A stretch of DNA of 64,000 nt from an uncultured virus (IMG/VR IMGVR_UViG_3300030019_000031) (Duplodnaviria > Heunggongvirae > Uroviricota > Caudoviricetes). The DNA lies in IMG/VR virus record IMGVR_UViG_3300030019_000031, one strand, 5' to 3'. Shown here one piece after another: positions 48,391-57,018 of this stretch. Numbering within the stretch: position 1 is the first letter of the stretch; every line of letters starts with the position of its first letter. The notes under the pieces were generated by a model, which had not been told where the DNA came from, did no database searches, and saw nothing but the letters and a program-made list of their open reading frames with translations. Position numbers and translations under genes: made by a program.

Positions 48391-49579
48391 TATCTTGCCC
48401 CTTCTTATAAAATAATAGGAAGTAGCAACCATGTCGTATTGCGTCCCTTGCATGTTTCATACCTGTTTGCCAGTAGCCCCATTGCGTCAACTTCTCATCT
48501 GTTACGAATCCTTTTGCCGTGACAGCCATCTGTTTGTGTGTTTTAATGTCTTTCATCTGACAGTACGCTTCGATAGCGCCTATAACGCGTACAGTAAATA
48601 CTGGGCTATAACTGTGTCTTTCGAGTTTGTGTGAATAAACACGATAATCCTCATATACGATGAAGTCCGGTGCTTTATCATCAATTAATTCCATTAAGAC
48701 CTTCGCATTGATATTTTGTTCATCGTAACAATTTTCAACGTGTCCTGTCTCAGTTAACTTGCCATCTTCAAATAAACACCAGCCAGTTGTCATACCAGGA
48801 TCTAAACAAAGCAGCTTATGCGGTATTTTCTTGTCATGTCTCAGTCTCTCTAACAGTTCCGCGAATGATAAATTCATATAATCCCACATCCTTTGAAATA
48901 CTACTTCCATAACACGCTCATGCCGTGTACGTACGTTCTGCACTGACACACCTAAGTTCTTAGCCAGTTGGGTTAAATTGAAACTCTGCTTCTGAGACTC
49001 AATGAACACTAAGTCCATAATGTAAGCGAATTCCAATTTTTCCCACCTATTAACATCCATTTTAGTTGGCATATGTTTACCGCGATCAGCCGTTTGCATG
49101 ATACAAGGCTTTATTATGTTGTCGCAAATGAATGTTAATTCGTTCTCCTCGACATAGGCATCTAGCTCCTGCTCGGCTTTTTCATCGAAACACATTTCGG
49201 CTGCTCCGACTACATCACCATTAGCTAATCTAGCGTCTCCGTCTAAGTAAACACGATCGTTCTCGCTTAACTGACTCTCTAGCGAATGACGTTGCTTTTT
49301 GTATGCCATATGCAATTCACGCTCGATACAAAACCAGGCGTAAGATGAAAATGGTACTTCGCGTTGAGTTTCATATGTCTGTGCCGCAGTGATTAGACCT
49401 AAGCAACCATTTTGGAACTGATCTTCGGTGTATGGGCGGTATTTCTTTAATACCTCCGATACCAACTTAATGTTCAGTTCAATGATTTTGTTACGAATCT
49501 GAATCTGGTCCTCTGGGTTTGTGATATCCTTTAGTATGCCGAAAAGCCTATTGGTCTCTGCTTTGTAGTCAAAGTTCAT
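48383..49579 (-). CDS. Sigma-70 family (sporulation-like) sigma factor fused to a RuvC-like nuclease domain
   Basis: Region 2 (NIKLV..VLKKY..EDQFQNGCLGLITAA.TY...FSSYA..CI.RE), region 4 HTH (LTQLAKNLGVSVQNV), then LCLDPG.TTGW, IVYED, HARDA. Confidence 0.85.
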   Translation of the reverse strand: MNFDYKAETNRLFGILKDITNPEDQIQIRNKIIELNIKLVSEVLKKYRPYTEDQFQNGCLGLITAAQTYETQREVPFSSYAWFCIERELHMAYKKQRHSLESQLSENDRVYLDGDARLANGDVVGAAEMCFDEKAEQELDAYVEENELTFICDNIIKPCIMQTADRGKHMPTKMDVNRWEKLEFAYIMDLVFIESQKQSFNLTQLAKNLGVSVQNVRTRHERVMEVVFQRMWDYMNLSFAELLERLRHDKKIPHKLLCLDPGMTTGWCLFEDGKLTETGHVENCYDEQNINAKVLMELIDDKAPDFIVYEDYRVYSHKLERHSYSPVFTVRVIGAIEAYCQMKDIKTHKQMAVTAKGFVTDEKLTQWGYWQTGMKHARDAIRHGCYFLLFYKKGQDIA

Positions 49580-49619
49580 AGCCGTTCCCCCTAACTTTAT
49601 TATATAAATCTACGATTTA

Positions 49620-49659
49620 TATTAATATTATTATACGCTATTTCATGAAAATTATCCAG
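49620..49659 (-). promoter_or_regulatory. Promoter of the sigma-RuvC gene
   Basis: AAATAGCGTATAAT shared with the promoters of HTH paralogues 2 and 3. Confidence 0.65.
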
Positions 49660-49694
49660 CATTTGCTGAAAAATAGCGCTAACTGCCAAAGACA

Positions 49695-50513
49695 CTATTT
49701 TGTCTTGTTTGCGTCTTCGGAAAATTGGGGGAATAGCTCGGGGTGTTTGTCAATATAGGCTTCTGCCAAAACAATGATACCCTCGACTTGCTCTGCGGTA
49801 ATTTCTCGCGCATCTTTACTTTTACGCAAGTTACATAATTCATGGGCGCATGCCACGTTTGTAAAACAGTCCTTGCCACCAAGTACAATAGGAATAACAT
49901 GTTCCATATGTAATGTGGAATCCCTCACAATGGGTTCTCCACATAGATAGCAAATAGGGAATTCATTACCTTGTTTATCCCTATCAATCACCATCTCACG
50001 CGTCCATGGAATACCGGCATTCTTAGTCATCATATATTTGCGTTTACTATGCGCCCTATGCATGACCTTTCTGCCCTTAGACGAGCCGCGATAGCTCTTC
50101 TGCTTGATGGTAATTGCTTCTTTATGATCAGCGTAATACTTACGCCCATTCTCACGCTTTATTTCCTGATTATCAGCATAGTATTGCTTGTAATCGCGCT
50201 TACCCTTATTCTTATCATAGGATTGTTGTGCCGCATGCTTTTGGCATTCTTTGCAATTGCCCGAGCAGTTAATCTTAGAACTACTGTTCCGGTTAAATAG
50301 ATATAGTTTCTTAACTTCTCTACATCTACCGCAACGTTTATAACCAGCGGGCACTTCAATACCAACGCCAATTGGGACAGAAGATAATGCCTCAAGAATA
50401 TCAGGCAAAGCAAGATACTCTTTTTCTTCCGCCTCTGTGAAGATTTTACCAGCTTCCTTAACACGATTAAGTTGGTCCGCTATAGGATTAATCTTTTCTT
50501 TAATATCTGCCAT
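49695..50513 (-). CDS. HNH endonuclease with N-terminal Zn-finger-like domain
   Basis: CGRC...CKEC; CYLCGE...HMEHVIP...GG...N...H..CN..K. Confidence 0.85.
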   Translation of the reverse strand: MADIKEKINPIADQLNRVKEAGKIFTEAEEKEYLALPDILEALSSVPIGVGIEVPAGYKRCGRCREVKKLYLFNRNSSSKINCSGNCKECQKHAAQQSYDKNKGKRDYKQYYADNQEIKRENGRKYYADHKEAITIKQKSYRGSSKGRKVMHRAHSKRKYMMTKNAGIPWTREMVIDRDKQGNEFPICYLCGEPIVRDSTLHMEHVIPIVLGGKDCFTNVACAHELCNLRKSKDAREITAEQVEGIIVLAEAYIDKHPELFPQFSEDANKTK

Positions 50514-50554
50514 TATAGTATCCTCCCTTAAAAAATTGTCTCCACCATAGCATA

Positions 50555-50588
50555 ATAAAAAAGCGCGAGAAATAATCCCGCGCTTTTC
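50555..50588 (-). terminator. Intrinsic terminator
   Basis: AAAAGCGCG...CGCGCTTTT. Confidence 0.75.
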
Positions 50589-50607
50589 TTCTGTTATTTG
50601 TGCTGAA

Positions 50608-51573
50608 TTATTCAGTGACTACAGGAGCAGCTTCATCAACTACCGGAGCAGCATCAGTAGCAGCAGGTGCAGTTTCATCAGTAGCCGGCGCTTCAACAAT
50701 TACAACACCCTTAAGAGATGTAAGAATTGTTTCGAACATCGCCTTGTCCGTGACTACGTCAGTAAAGGCAGTGAGTTCAGCAACAACTTCTGCGAACTTG
50801 TCAGCATCGGATTTCTCAGTCTTGGTTGCCTGCCAAACGATGGAATACGGAACATCGAGTTCTTTTGCAATGTCGCCACGAGTTTCACCGGCAGCGAATT
50901 TGATCCTGATGTACTCTGCACGAGAAACAACTTTACCATCTTCAAGAGTCACATCATGCTTCACACGAGTGCCATCCTGTTCTTTGGTGATGTTGTAAAT
51001 CACGCCATAGCTCAAATCAAGCAGTTTTGCAATGTCGCCACGGTTTGCGCCGGCATCGACCTGCTCTTGAATCCATTCATTGCGCGCTTTATCATGTGTC
51101 GCAGGAGCATCGCCTTCAATGGCTTTACCCTGAACATAAGTAATAGCGGCAGCGCCATCAACACCGGGAACAGTCACAACAAGTTCGTTTGCATCAGTTA
51201 CCTGAATAACAGCGTTCTGTGTTGCACGACCGCGGGTGGTGGATTCAGCGTCATTGGTAAGATTCACAGTCGCACTGTAAACAACGCGATAAGCGAATTC
51301 AAACTTCTCGGCAATGTCTTTACGGGACATATTGTCCGAAACGAATTTCTCACGAATGTAAGCTGCTCTGGAACCTTGAGTACCATCATTCATGGTGTAA
51401 GTGGTGTTCGCCGTTGCATCCGTTGCATCCGTTGCATCAGCCGCATCAGTTTCGGTTTTTGCCGAAGCATCGTCTGTAGGTACGGAAGTATCAACAACTG
51501 CGTTAGCATCAGGTGTTGCACCATCTTCAGTCTTTTCTGCCGGGAACTCTTCGTTGAAATTGAATTTACTCAT
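50608..51573 (-). CDS. Acidic protein with three HTH repeats (related to the terminal paralogues)
   Basis: SRAAYIR..SRKDIAEKFEFAYRVVY, ARNEWIQ..NRGDIAKLLDLSYGVIY, SRAEYIR..TRGDIAKELDVPYSIVW. Confidence 0.75.
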   Translation of the reverse strand: MSKFNFNEEFPAEKTEDGATPDANAVVDTSVPTDDASAKTETDAADATDATDATANTTYTMNDGTQGSRAAYIREKFVSDNMSRKDIAEKFEFAYRVVYSATVNLTNDAESTTRGRATQNAVIQVTDANELVVTVPGVDGAAAITYVQGKAIEGDAPATHDKARNEWIQEQVDAGANRGDIAKLLDLSYGVIYNITKEQDGTRVKHDVTLEDGKVVSRAEYIRIKFAAGETRGDIAKELDVPYSIVWQATKTEKSDADKFAEVVAELTAFTDVVTDKAMFETILTSLKGVVIVEAPATDETAPAATDAAPVVDEAAPVVTE

Positions 51574-51614
51574 TTTTTCTTCCTCCTGATTAATTATTAT
51601 TTTGTACTTTGTCG

Positions 51615-51653
51615 TATATTATTATAATATCAAAACTGCTTTTATTTTTAACG
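51615..51653 (-). promoter_or_regulatory. Phage-type promoter
   Basis: CGTTAAAAA-N15-TATTATAATAATATA. Confidence 0.8.
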
Positions 51654-51697
51654 TAGATTGTAAAATATTTTGAAATAAATTTTATTCCTTTTTGTGA

Positions 51698-52027
51698 TTA
51701 CACATCACTTCTCTTGTGCCGTAATTCGGTCATTTCTTTCGTACTTACGAAACGTAATTTGCGCGTCTCTTGCGAGGTATTGATTAGTTGAATAAAACGC
51801 ATTAGCTTATCCTCATCCACAAGAATATCATTTGTCTCTTTGTCACTGGCTAAGATGCTTTCAAAATTTAACTTAGAAGCACCATAGCGCCAAGAAAACG
51901 CCGCAAGCAAAGTTAAGCCAATCCCTACTTGCTGAATAGCATTAAGTTCTGTTAAGACAACTACTTCAGGTTTCTTTTTGTTAAAGGCTTCTCTATGCGA
52001 TGTATCATGGATCCATTCAAATGCCAT
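51698..52027 (-). CDS. Hypothetical protein
   Basis: AGGAGGTGA RBS and own promoter. Confidence 0.7.
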   Translation of the reverse strand: MAFEWIHDTSHREAFNKKKPEVVVLTELNAIQQVGIGLTLLAAFSWRYGASKLNFESILASDKETNDILVDEDKLMRFIQLINTSQETRKLRFVSTKEMTELRHKRSDV

Positions 52028-52056
52028 AATTTATTTCACCTCCTTTATATTGTATG

Positions 52057-52095
52057 TATATTATTATAATATGAAAATGCTTTCGATTTTTAACG
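52057..52095 (-). promoter_or_regulatory. Phage-type promoter
   Basis: CGTTAAAAA-N15-TATTATAATAATATA. Confidence 0.8.
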
Positions 52096-52229
52096 TAGCT
52101 AAATAAGTTATTTTATTACCCCCTTGCGGAAAGCCCCGCCATACAGCGTTGGCCCATCTCCAATACCCCGACAAAAGTGTACTTCAATAAAAGATTCTTA
52201 GGCGGTAACCAATTTTGAACTTTTAAACT

Positions 52230-52269
52230 CGTTAAAAATATAATATTTTTTAATATTATATTAATATAG
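52230..52269 (+). promoter_or_regulatory. Phage-type promoter for ligase/primase
   Basis: CGTTAAAAA-N15-TATTATATTAATATA. Confidence 0.8.
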
Positions 52270-52339
52270 AAGATATTAAAGAACCAATACAAAATTAAGA
52301 CGTTTATGCGTCAAAACAAAAACCGATAAGGGAGGTAAC

Positions 52340-52540
52340 ATGATGACTGATACTAAAGCAGAAGAAAAGAATGACGAAGGAACCAAAATGGTCGGTGGTT
52401 TAATTCCCATTGAATTATATTGGACCTTCAAAAAAGTACAAGCAGAACGCAAAGACAATGCTACCAAAGCATTAGAAATCGCCATACGTTTGTATATCGA
52501 TCCAGACAGTACCGCAGAGTTATTAAGAAAGGAGGATTAG
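52340..52540 (+). CDS. Small putative ribbon-helix-helix DNA-binding protein
   Basis: KMVGGLIPIELYWTFK...ALEIAIRLYI pattern. Confidence 0.55.
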   Translation: MMTDTKAEEKNDEGTKMVGGLIPIELYWTFKKVQAERKDNATKALEIAIRLYIDPDSTAELLRKED

Positions 52541-52544
52541 CATT

Positions 52545-53612
52545 ATGGCAGACGATATTGAAATAGTAACAGGTAACGAAGGGGCATTTCTACAATTCGC
52601 CAGTAAGTTAGGTGTAATGAAACCAGCGCATGTAGACGATGATAATCCCAAACAATTAAAACGTATGCAAGATATTCTTCTTTCCTCAGACTATGGTGCC
52701 GAGAGAAAAATTGATGGTTGTCATTATCTGGGTATAGGGCCTAGATTCTTTAGCACGGAAGGTGTAGAGAAAACAAATAACTATCCACACGTCCGTGATT
52801 TCTTCTTAAAGCTAAATATGCCTAATCTCATCCTAGATGGTGAAATGAATTATCCAGGTAAGACTAGTCAATACTGTACTCGTGTAACTGGCTCTAGTTC
52901 TGATGTGGCTGTTGCCTTTCAAAACAAAAACGGCCCTATCCATTATACTATGTGGGATATGTTACGCACACCTAAGGGTACTTGGCTATTAAATGAACCT
53001 TATTGGAAGAGACGTCAAATAATAGAACAATTTTATGCCCGATTCATAGTAGGTACATCTATGGCGCAATATATCCACCTAACAGACTTTTGTAAAGAGA
53101 ATAAGAAAGCCTTCTATGAAGATATCATTGCCTCCGGGGGTGAAGGTGTAGTTCTTAAACGTTTTGACAGTCTCTATATTATGGGTAAGAAACCAATGTG
53201 GCAATGGATGAAGCTAAAACAAAAGGATACGGCTGATTTCTTCATATCTGGCTTTGAGGACCCTAAAACAAAGTATGAAGGCGATAACGTCATAGACTGG
53301 CCCTTCTGGAAAGAAATTAAAGGCGTCTTAACTCCAGTAACAAAGTTCTTCTATAATAACTGGATTGGTGCAATTGAGCTTAGTGCATATGTAGGCGGAG
53401 TACCAACTAAAGTATGTACTACCTCTGGCTTCAATGAAGATTTGAGACAACAGATATCGGCAGCCCCAGACACGTATCTTAATCGTGTAGTTAAAATATC
53501 CTTCATGGAAAAAACAGAGGCAAATTATCCTCGTCATCCTCGATTTGAGGCTTTCCATGAAAGTAAATTAGCCAATGAGTGTGTTTGGGAGTTATTTGGT
53601 CAGGAGGGGTAG
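52545..53612 (+). CDS. ATP-dependent DNA ligase
   Basis: ERKIDG, ILDGE, WDML, EGVVLK, WMKLK, RHPRF. Confidence 0.92.
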   Translation: MADDIEIVTGNEGAFLQFASKLGVMKPAHVDDDNPKQLKRMQDILLSSDYGAERKIDGCHYLGIGPRFFSTEGVEKTNNYPHVRDFFLKLNMPNLILDGEMNYPGKTSQYCTRVTGSSSDVAVAFQNKNGPIHYTMWDMLRTPKGTWLLNEPYWKRRQIIEQFYARFIVGTSMAQYIHLTDFCKENKKAFYEDIIASGGEGVVLKRFDSLYIMGKKPMWQWMKLKQKDTADFFISGFEDPKTKYEGDNVIDWPFWKEIKGVLTPVTKFFYNNWIGAIELSAYVGGVPTKVCTTSGFNEDLRQQISAAPDTYLNRVVKISFMEKTEANYPRHPRFEAFHESKLANECVWELFGQEG

Positions 53613-53614
53613 CA

Positions 53615-56005
53615 TTGATAGAAGAAGCAAAAGAACTCATTGATATAGGCTTGCCTATTATACCGACATGCCCCCATGATCATAAGAACATGACCGCCAA
53701 GCATATCGAAAGATGTAAATGCGCTGGTAAAACGCCTCTTATTAAAGAATGGCAAACACACAGTGTAACAACCCTTGAAGATCTCGATAGCTGGGTCAGA
53801 AGTTTCAAAACATTTAACCTTGGATTACCACTCGGCGATGCCTCTGGTTATTGCGGAATAGATGTTGATGGCGACGATGGTGTCAAGCTCCTGATGGACA
53901 TGTCTAAAGGCGTATTACCTAGTACGTGGGAATACACCACTGGTGCGGGCAGTCGATTATTGTACTGCATTCCCGCAGGTATTAAAACTAAGAAGTTTAA
54001 ACAATCTGGCGACAGTGCGCACCAGGAGTGTGCTTTACTGTGCAGCGGCCAGCAAACGATTCTTCCGCCTAGTATACACGTTTCTGGCAGAGTATACGAA
54101 TGGATTGAAGGGCATAGTCCCTGGGATATGGATTGCGCCGTTGCTCCCCAATGGTTATTGGACAAGATCAAAGTAGATGAGGCTACATGGAAACCAGATG
54201 CAACAATGGATTTATCTGCACCACCGGTAGCTAATCGGCCTGTTGATGGTGCCCTAGGAGATCTAGATGATGAGTTTACATCTGAAGAGATGCAATTAGA
54301 TCTTCCTCCTGAAGCACTTATTCAAGGCAAGAAGATGAAAGAGCAAGTAGGTAAGACAGGGCATAAGATTGTTATCACAGATGAACTCTTACAAGCAACA
54401 ATCGCAGAGGGTGATCGTGATAATACAATGACTGCTATAGTAGGTCACTATTGTGCTAATCGTGATATGAGAAGATTTGGTAAAGCCTTTATCTTTAATG
54501 TCTGTATGAAGCATAATGTGGATCATTGTGATCCTCCGTTAGAGGAGCAAGCAATTAGGGATAAAGTCGAATACTTCTTTACAGCAGAGGGCATGAAAGA
54601 TGCCTCTTTCAAAGGTAAAGGCGGTAAGGATAAAACTCCCTTTGAGGCTTCTACAATGGCAGCTATAGTATTAAGACAATTGCGTGAACAGGATATCTAT
54701 TTACACTTCGACCAGCATTCAAAGATCTACTATTATACATCCGCAAAAGCAGGCCCTTGGAAAGGTTCTAAAGACTATACAATCATTCAAGGTTGGATAC
54801 GTAGTGTTCTTATATCTCCTGAATACGGTGATTCAACATGGGATAAACGTTCTTTCATTGAAGAGACGCGTATGGCATTAGAAGAATCATTCACAGCGGC
54901 ATATAAGGATGTAGATGATTTCGATGTAGGCGCACATGCAAAAGATTTATGTGATTTCATCGTGGTCAACAATGGTATGGTAGATTGGCGCAATAAACTA
55001 TTAGTCGATTGGGATCCAGCGCTTAAAACAACGCTAGCATTCAATATCGACTTCGATCCAGGTGCTGAATGTCCTCGTTTCGAAAAATACTTGACTGACT
55101 GGTTACCGGATGAAAAAGTTAGAATGGTTATGCAAGAATATTTAGGTTATTGTTTAATACCGAATACTAATTTTCGTAAGGCGTTATTTCTTTACGGAAA
55201 AGGTAAGAATGGTAAATCAATGCTTATCGAATTCTTACAAGATTTCTTCGGTGACTATGGCGCCAATCTTTCGTATGAAGGATTATTCGCACGTTTCGGT
55301 CCGGCTACCTTAAAGGACAAGTTGGTCAATATCTTTGATGATACAACAGTAGCTTTCACCAAAGAAACGAGCATCGCAAAGAACTTAATTGCTGGTGGCT
55401 CTATCTCAGCGGAATTTAAAGGTAGAGATTTGTTTACATTTCAGAATGTGGCACGTCTTATCTTCAGTTCACAAGAGACACCTAGAACATCTGATAATTC
55501 ACTAGCATGGTACGACAGATGGTTCTTCATTAAGTTCCCTAATAGCTTTCGTTCCTCTAATAAGGCTAAGTATGAAATTCAAGTGGCTTTAAAAGAAGAA
55601 CGGGCTGGTATCTTCAATTGGATGATTGATGGGTTAATTCGTCTCATAAAGAACGATGATTTCACCTCGAGCGATACGTTAGATGTATATAATAATGCTT
55701 ACCGTGATCAGAACGATAACGTCACACAATTTATACATTCAATATGCAAGGAAGAGAAAGACGGAAAATTAACAGTAGCCGATCTGTACCTTGTATATAA
55801 TGTGTGGATAACGACGGAGCAATTAAGGCCAGTGAGCAAGAAGGTATTTTCACAACGTGTTGGCGATATGGGATTCGAGCATGACAAATGCAGTGTTAAT
55901 GGCAGAAGCGGGATGTCTTGTTTCAAAGGCTTAGCCTTCGATAAAGAATCGGAAGACTACATAGAGCATCAGCTCGAGATATCTATAGCGTTGACGGGCA
56001 GGTAG
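53615..56005 (+). CDS. Bifunctional primase-polymerase / PriCT / D5-P4 SF3 helicase
   Basis: GKTPL..WQ, IDVD, LPPSIH.SG..YEW, EGDRDN, YGKGKNGKS, C-terminal winged helix; TTG start after AGGAGG. Confidence 0.92.
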   Translation: MIEEAKELIDIGLPIIPTCPHDHKNMTAKHIERCKCAGKTPLIKEWQTHSVTTLEDLDSWVRSFKTFNLGLPLGDASGYCGIDVDGDDGVKLLMDMSKGVLPSTWEYTTGAGSRLLYCIPAGIKTKKFKQSGDSAHQECALLCSGQQTILPPSIHVSGRVYEWIEGHSPWDMDCAVAPQWLLDKIKVDEATWKPDATMDLSAPPVANRPVDGALGDLDDEFTSEEMQLDLPPEALIQGKKMKEQVGKTGHKIVITDELLQATIAEGDRDNTMTAIVGHYCANRDMRRFGKAFIFNVCMKHNVDHCDPPLEEQAIRDKVEYFFTAEGMKDASFKGKGGKDKTPFEASTMAAIVLRQLREQDIYLHFDQHSKIYYYTSAKAGPWKGSKDYTIIQGWIRSVLISPEYGDSTWDKRSFIEETRMALEESFTAAYKDVDDFDVGAHAKDLCDFIVVNNGMVDWRNKLLVDWDPALKTTLAFNIDFDPGAECPRFEKYLTDWLPDEKVRMVMQEYLGYCLIPNTNFRKALFLYGKGKNGKSMLIEFLQDFFGDYGANLSYEGLFARFGPATLKDKLVNIFDDTTVAFTKETSIAKNLIAGGSISAEFKGRDLFTFQNVARLIFSSQETPRTSDNSLAWYDRWFFIKFPNSFRSSNKAKYEIQVALKEERAGIFNWMIDGLIRLIKNDDFTSSDTLDVYNNAYRDQNDNVTQFIHSICKEEKDGKLTVADLYLVYNVWITTEQLRPVSKKVFSQRVGDMGFEHDKCSVNGRSGMSCFKGLAFDKESEDYIEHQLEISIALTGR

Positions 56006-56024
56006 CTCTAAGATACGATTAACT

Positions 56025-56063
56025 CGTTAAAAATCTTTCAAATTGCTATATAATATTAATATA
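56025..56063 (+). promoter_or_regulatory. Phage-type promoter
   Basis: CGTTAAAAA-N15-TATAATATTAATATA. Confidence 0.8.
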
Positions 56064-56094
56064 AACAAAAACAATATTTTTGGGAGGTTTCTAT

Positions 56095-56559
56095 ATGGAT
56101 AAGACTACGATTGAGACATTCAAATTGGTTGAGGCAATGGGTGTATGGGACGAAACAACACCTATTAGCCTTGAAGAGTACACACAACTGGTTCTTGATG
56201 AATATGTCGCAACTACCACAGAAGAAAGCAGGAGAGACGTCAGAGAGATGCTTCTTCAAGGTAACAGTAAGGAATATACAAAAGTTCTTACAGAGGAGTA
56301 TATCAAACAACTCGGCTTTGACGAACTCATCAGATTACCTTTCGATAAAGCACACAAAGCGATCGACATGTTCACAATGGCCAAACGTATTAAGATTTTA
56401 GAAGATCTGAATGTCCATCGTGATTATCTATATGCACAAACTGATCGTTACGGTCAAGGTGATAAAGAAACACAAATCTCCCCTGCAACATTCAGGATGA
56501 TGATCGGTAAGATCAAGCATCTCGAAATTATTCAGACGTGGTTATACGGTATTAAATAA
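56095..56559 (+). CDS. Hypothetical protein
   Basis: GGGAGG RBS. Confidence 0.7.
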   Translation: MDKTTIETFKLVEAMGVWDETTPISLEEYTQLVLDEYVATTTEESRRDVREMLLQGNSKEYTKVLTEEYIKQLGFDELIRLPFDKAHKAIDMFTMAKRIKILEDLNVHRDYLYAQTDRYGQGDKETQISPATFRMMIGKIKHLEIIQTWLYGIK

Positions 56560-56571
56560 GGAGGAAAAACA

Positions 56572-56745
56572 ATGGAAACACTCAATGCCATTTTAGGTTT
56601 ATTGTTGTTAGTAGCCGGTATAATTGCAATCATAAGTGTCATAACATTAATTTGGACTGGGGCATTATTCCCATTTCAAGTGCTACTGACAGCAGTCGTA
56701 ATATTTCTTTGTGTCTTAGCAGTTATCAAATTAGTAAATAACTAA
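56572..56745 (+). CDS. Small two-TM membrane protein (57 aa)
   Basis: AAGGAGG RBS; METLNAILGLLLLVAG...; below the track cutoff. Confidence 0.65.
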   Translation: METLNAILGLLLLVAGIIAIISVITLIWTGALFPFQVLLTAVVIFLCVLAVIKLVNN

Positions 56746-56757
56746 GGAGGATAAGTA

Positions 56758-57018
56758 ATGTTTACATGCATACATTGTCATAGCAAATTCGAAGTGCCCC
56801 TTAGTGTTAAAGTAAATCAAGCTGCTCCCGGTGAACGGCCGTACTACGAAAAAGAATTATGTTGCCCACAATGTGGAGTTATTGATCCTGTTGTAGTAGG
56901 CAATTGTCATTTTTGTGGTAAGTTAGTTGATTCAGAGGATCTTACTATTATGCTCGATGACAAAACAGACAAACCTGAATGGGTTTGCCCTGAATGTCTT
57001 AAAAAGGAGGACGATTAA
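56758..57018 (+). CDS. Zn-ribbon protein
   Basis: Four CxxC motifs. Confidence 0.7.
   Translation: MFTCIHCHSKFEVPLSVKVNQAAPGERPYYEKELCCPQCGVIDPVVVGNCHFCGKLVDSEDLTIMLDDKTDKPEWVCPECLKKEDD

Noticed and set aside
48383..48877. TnpB/Cas12-like RNA-guided nuclease
   Set aside because: Domain is only ~150 aa, lacks the Zn finger and split-RuvC layout, and has no adjacent guide-like RNA; a resolvase type fits better
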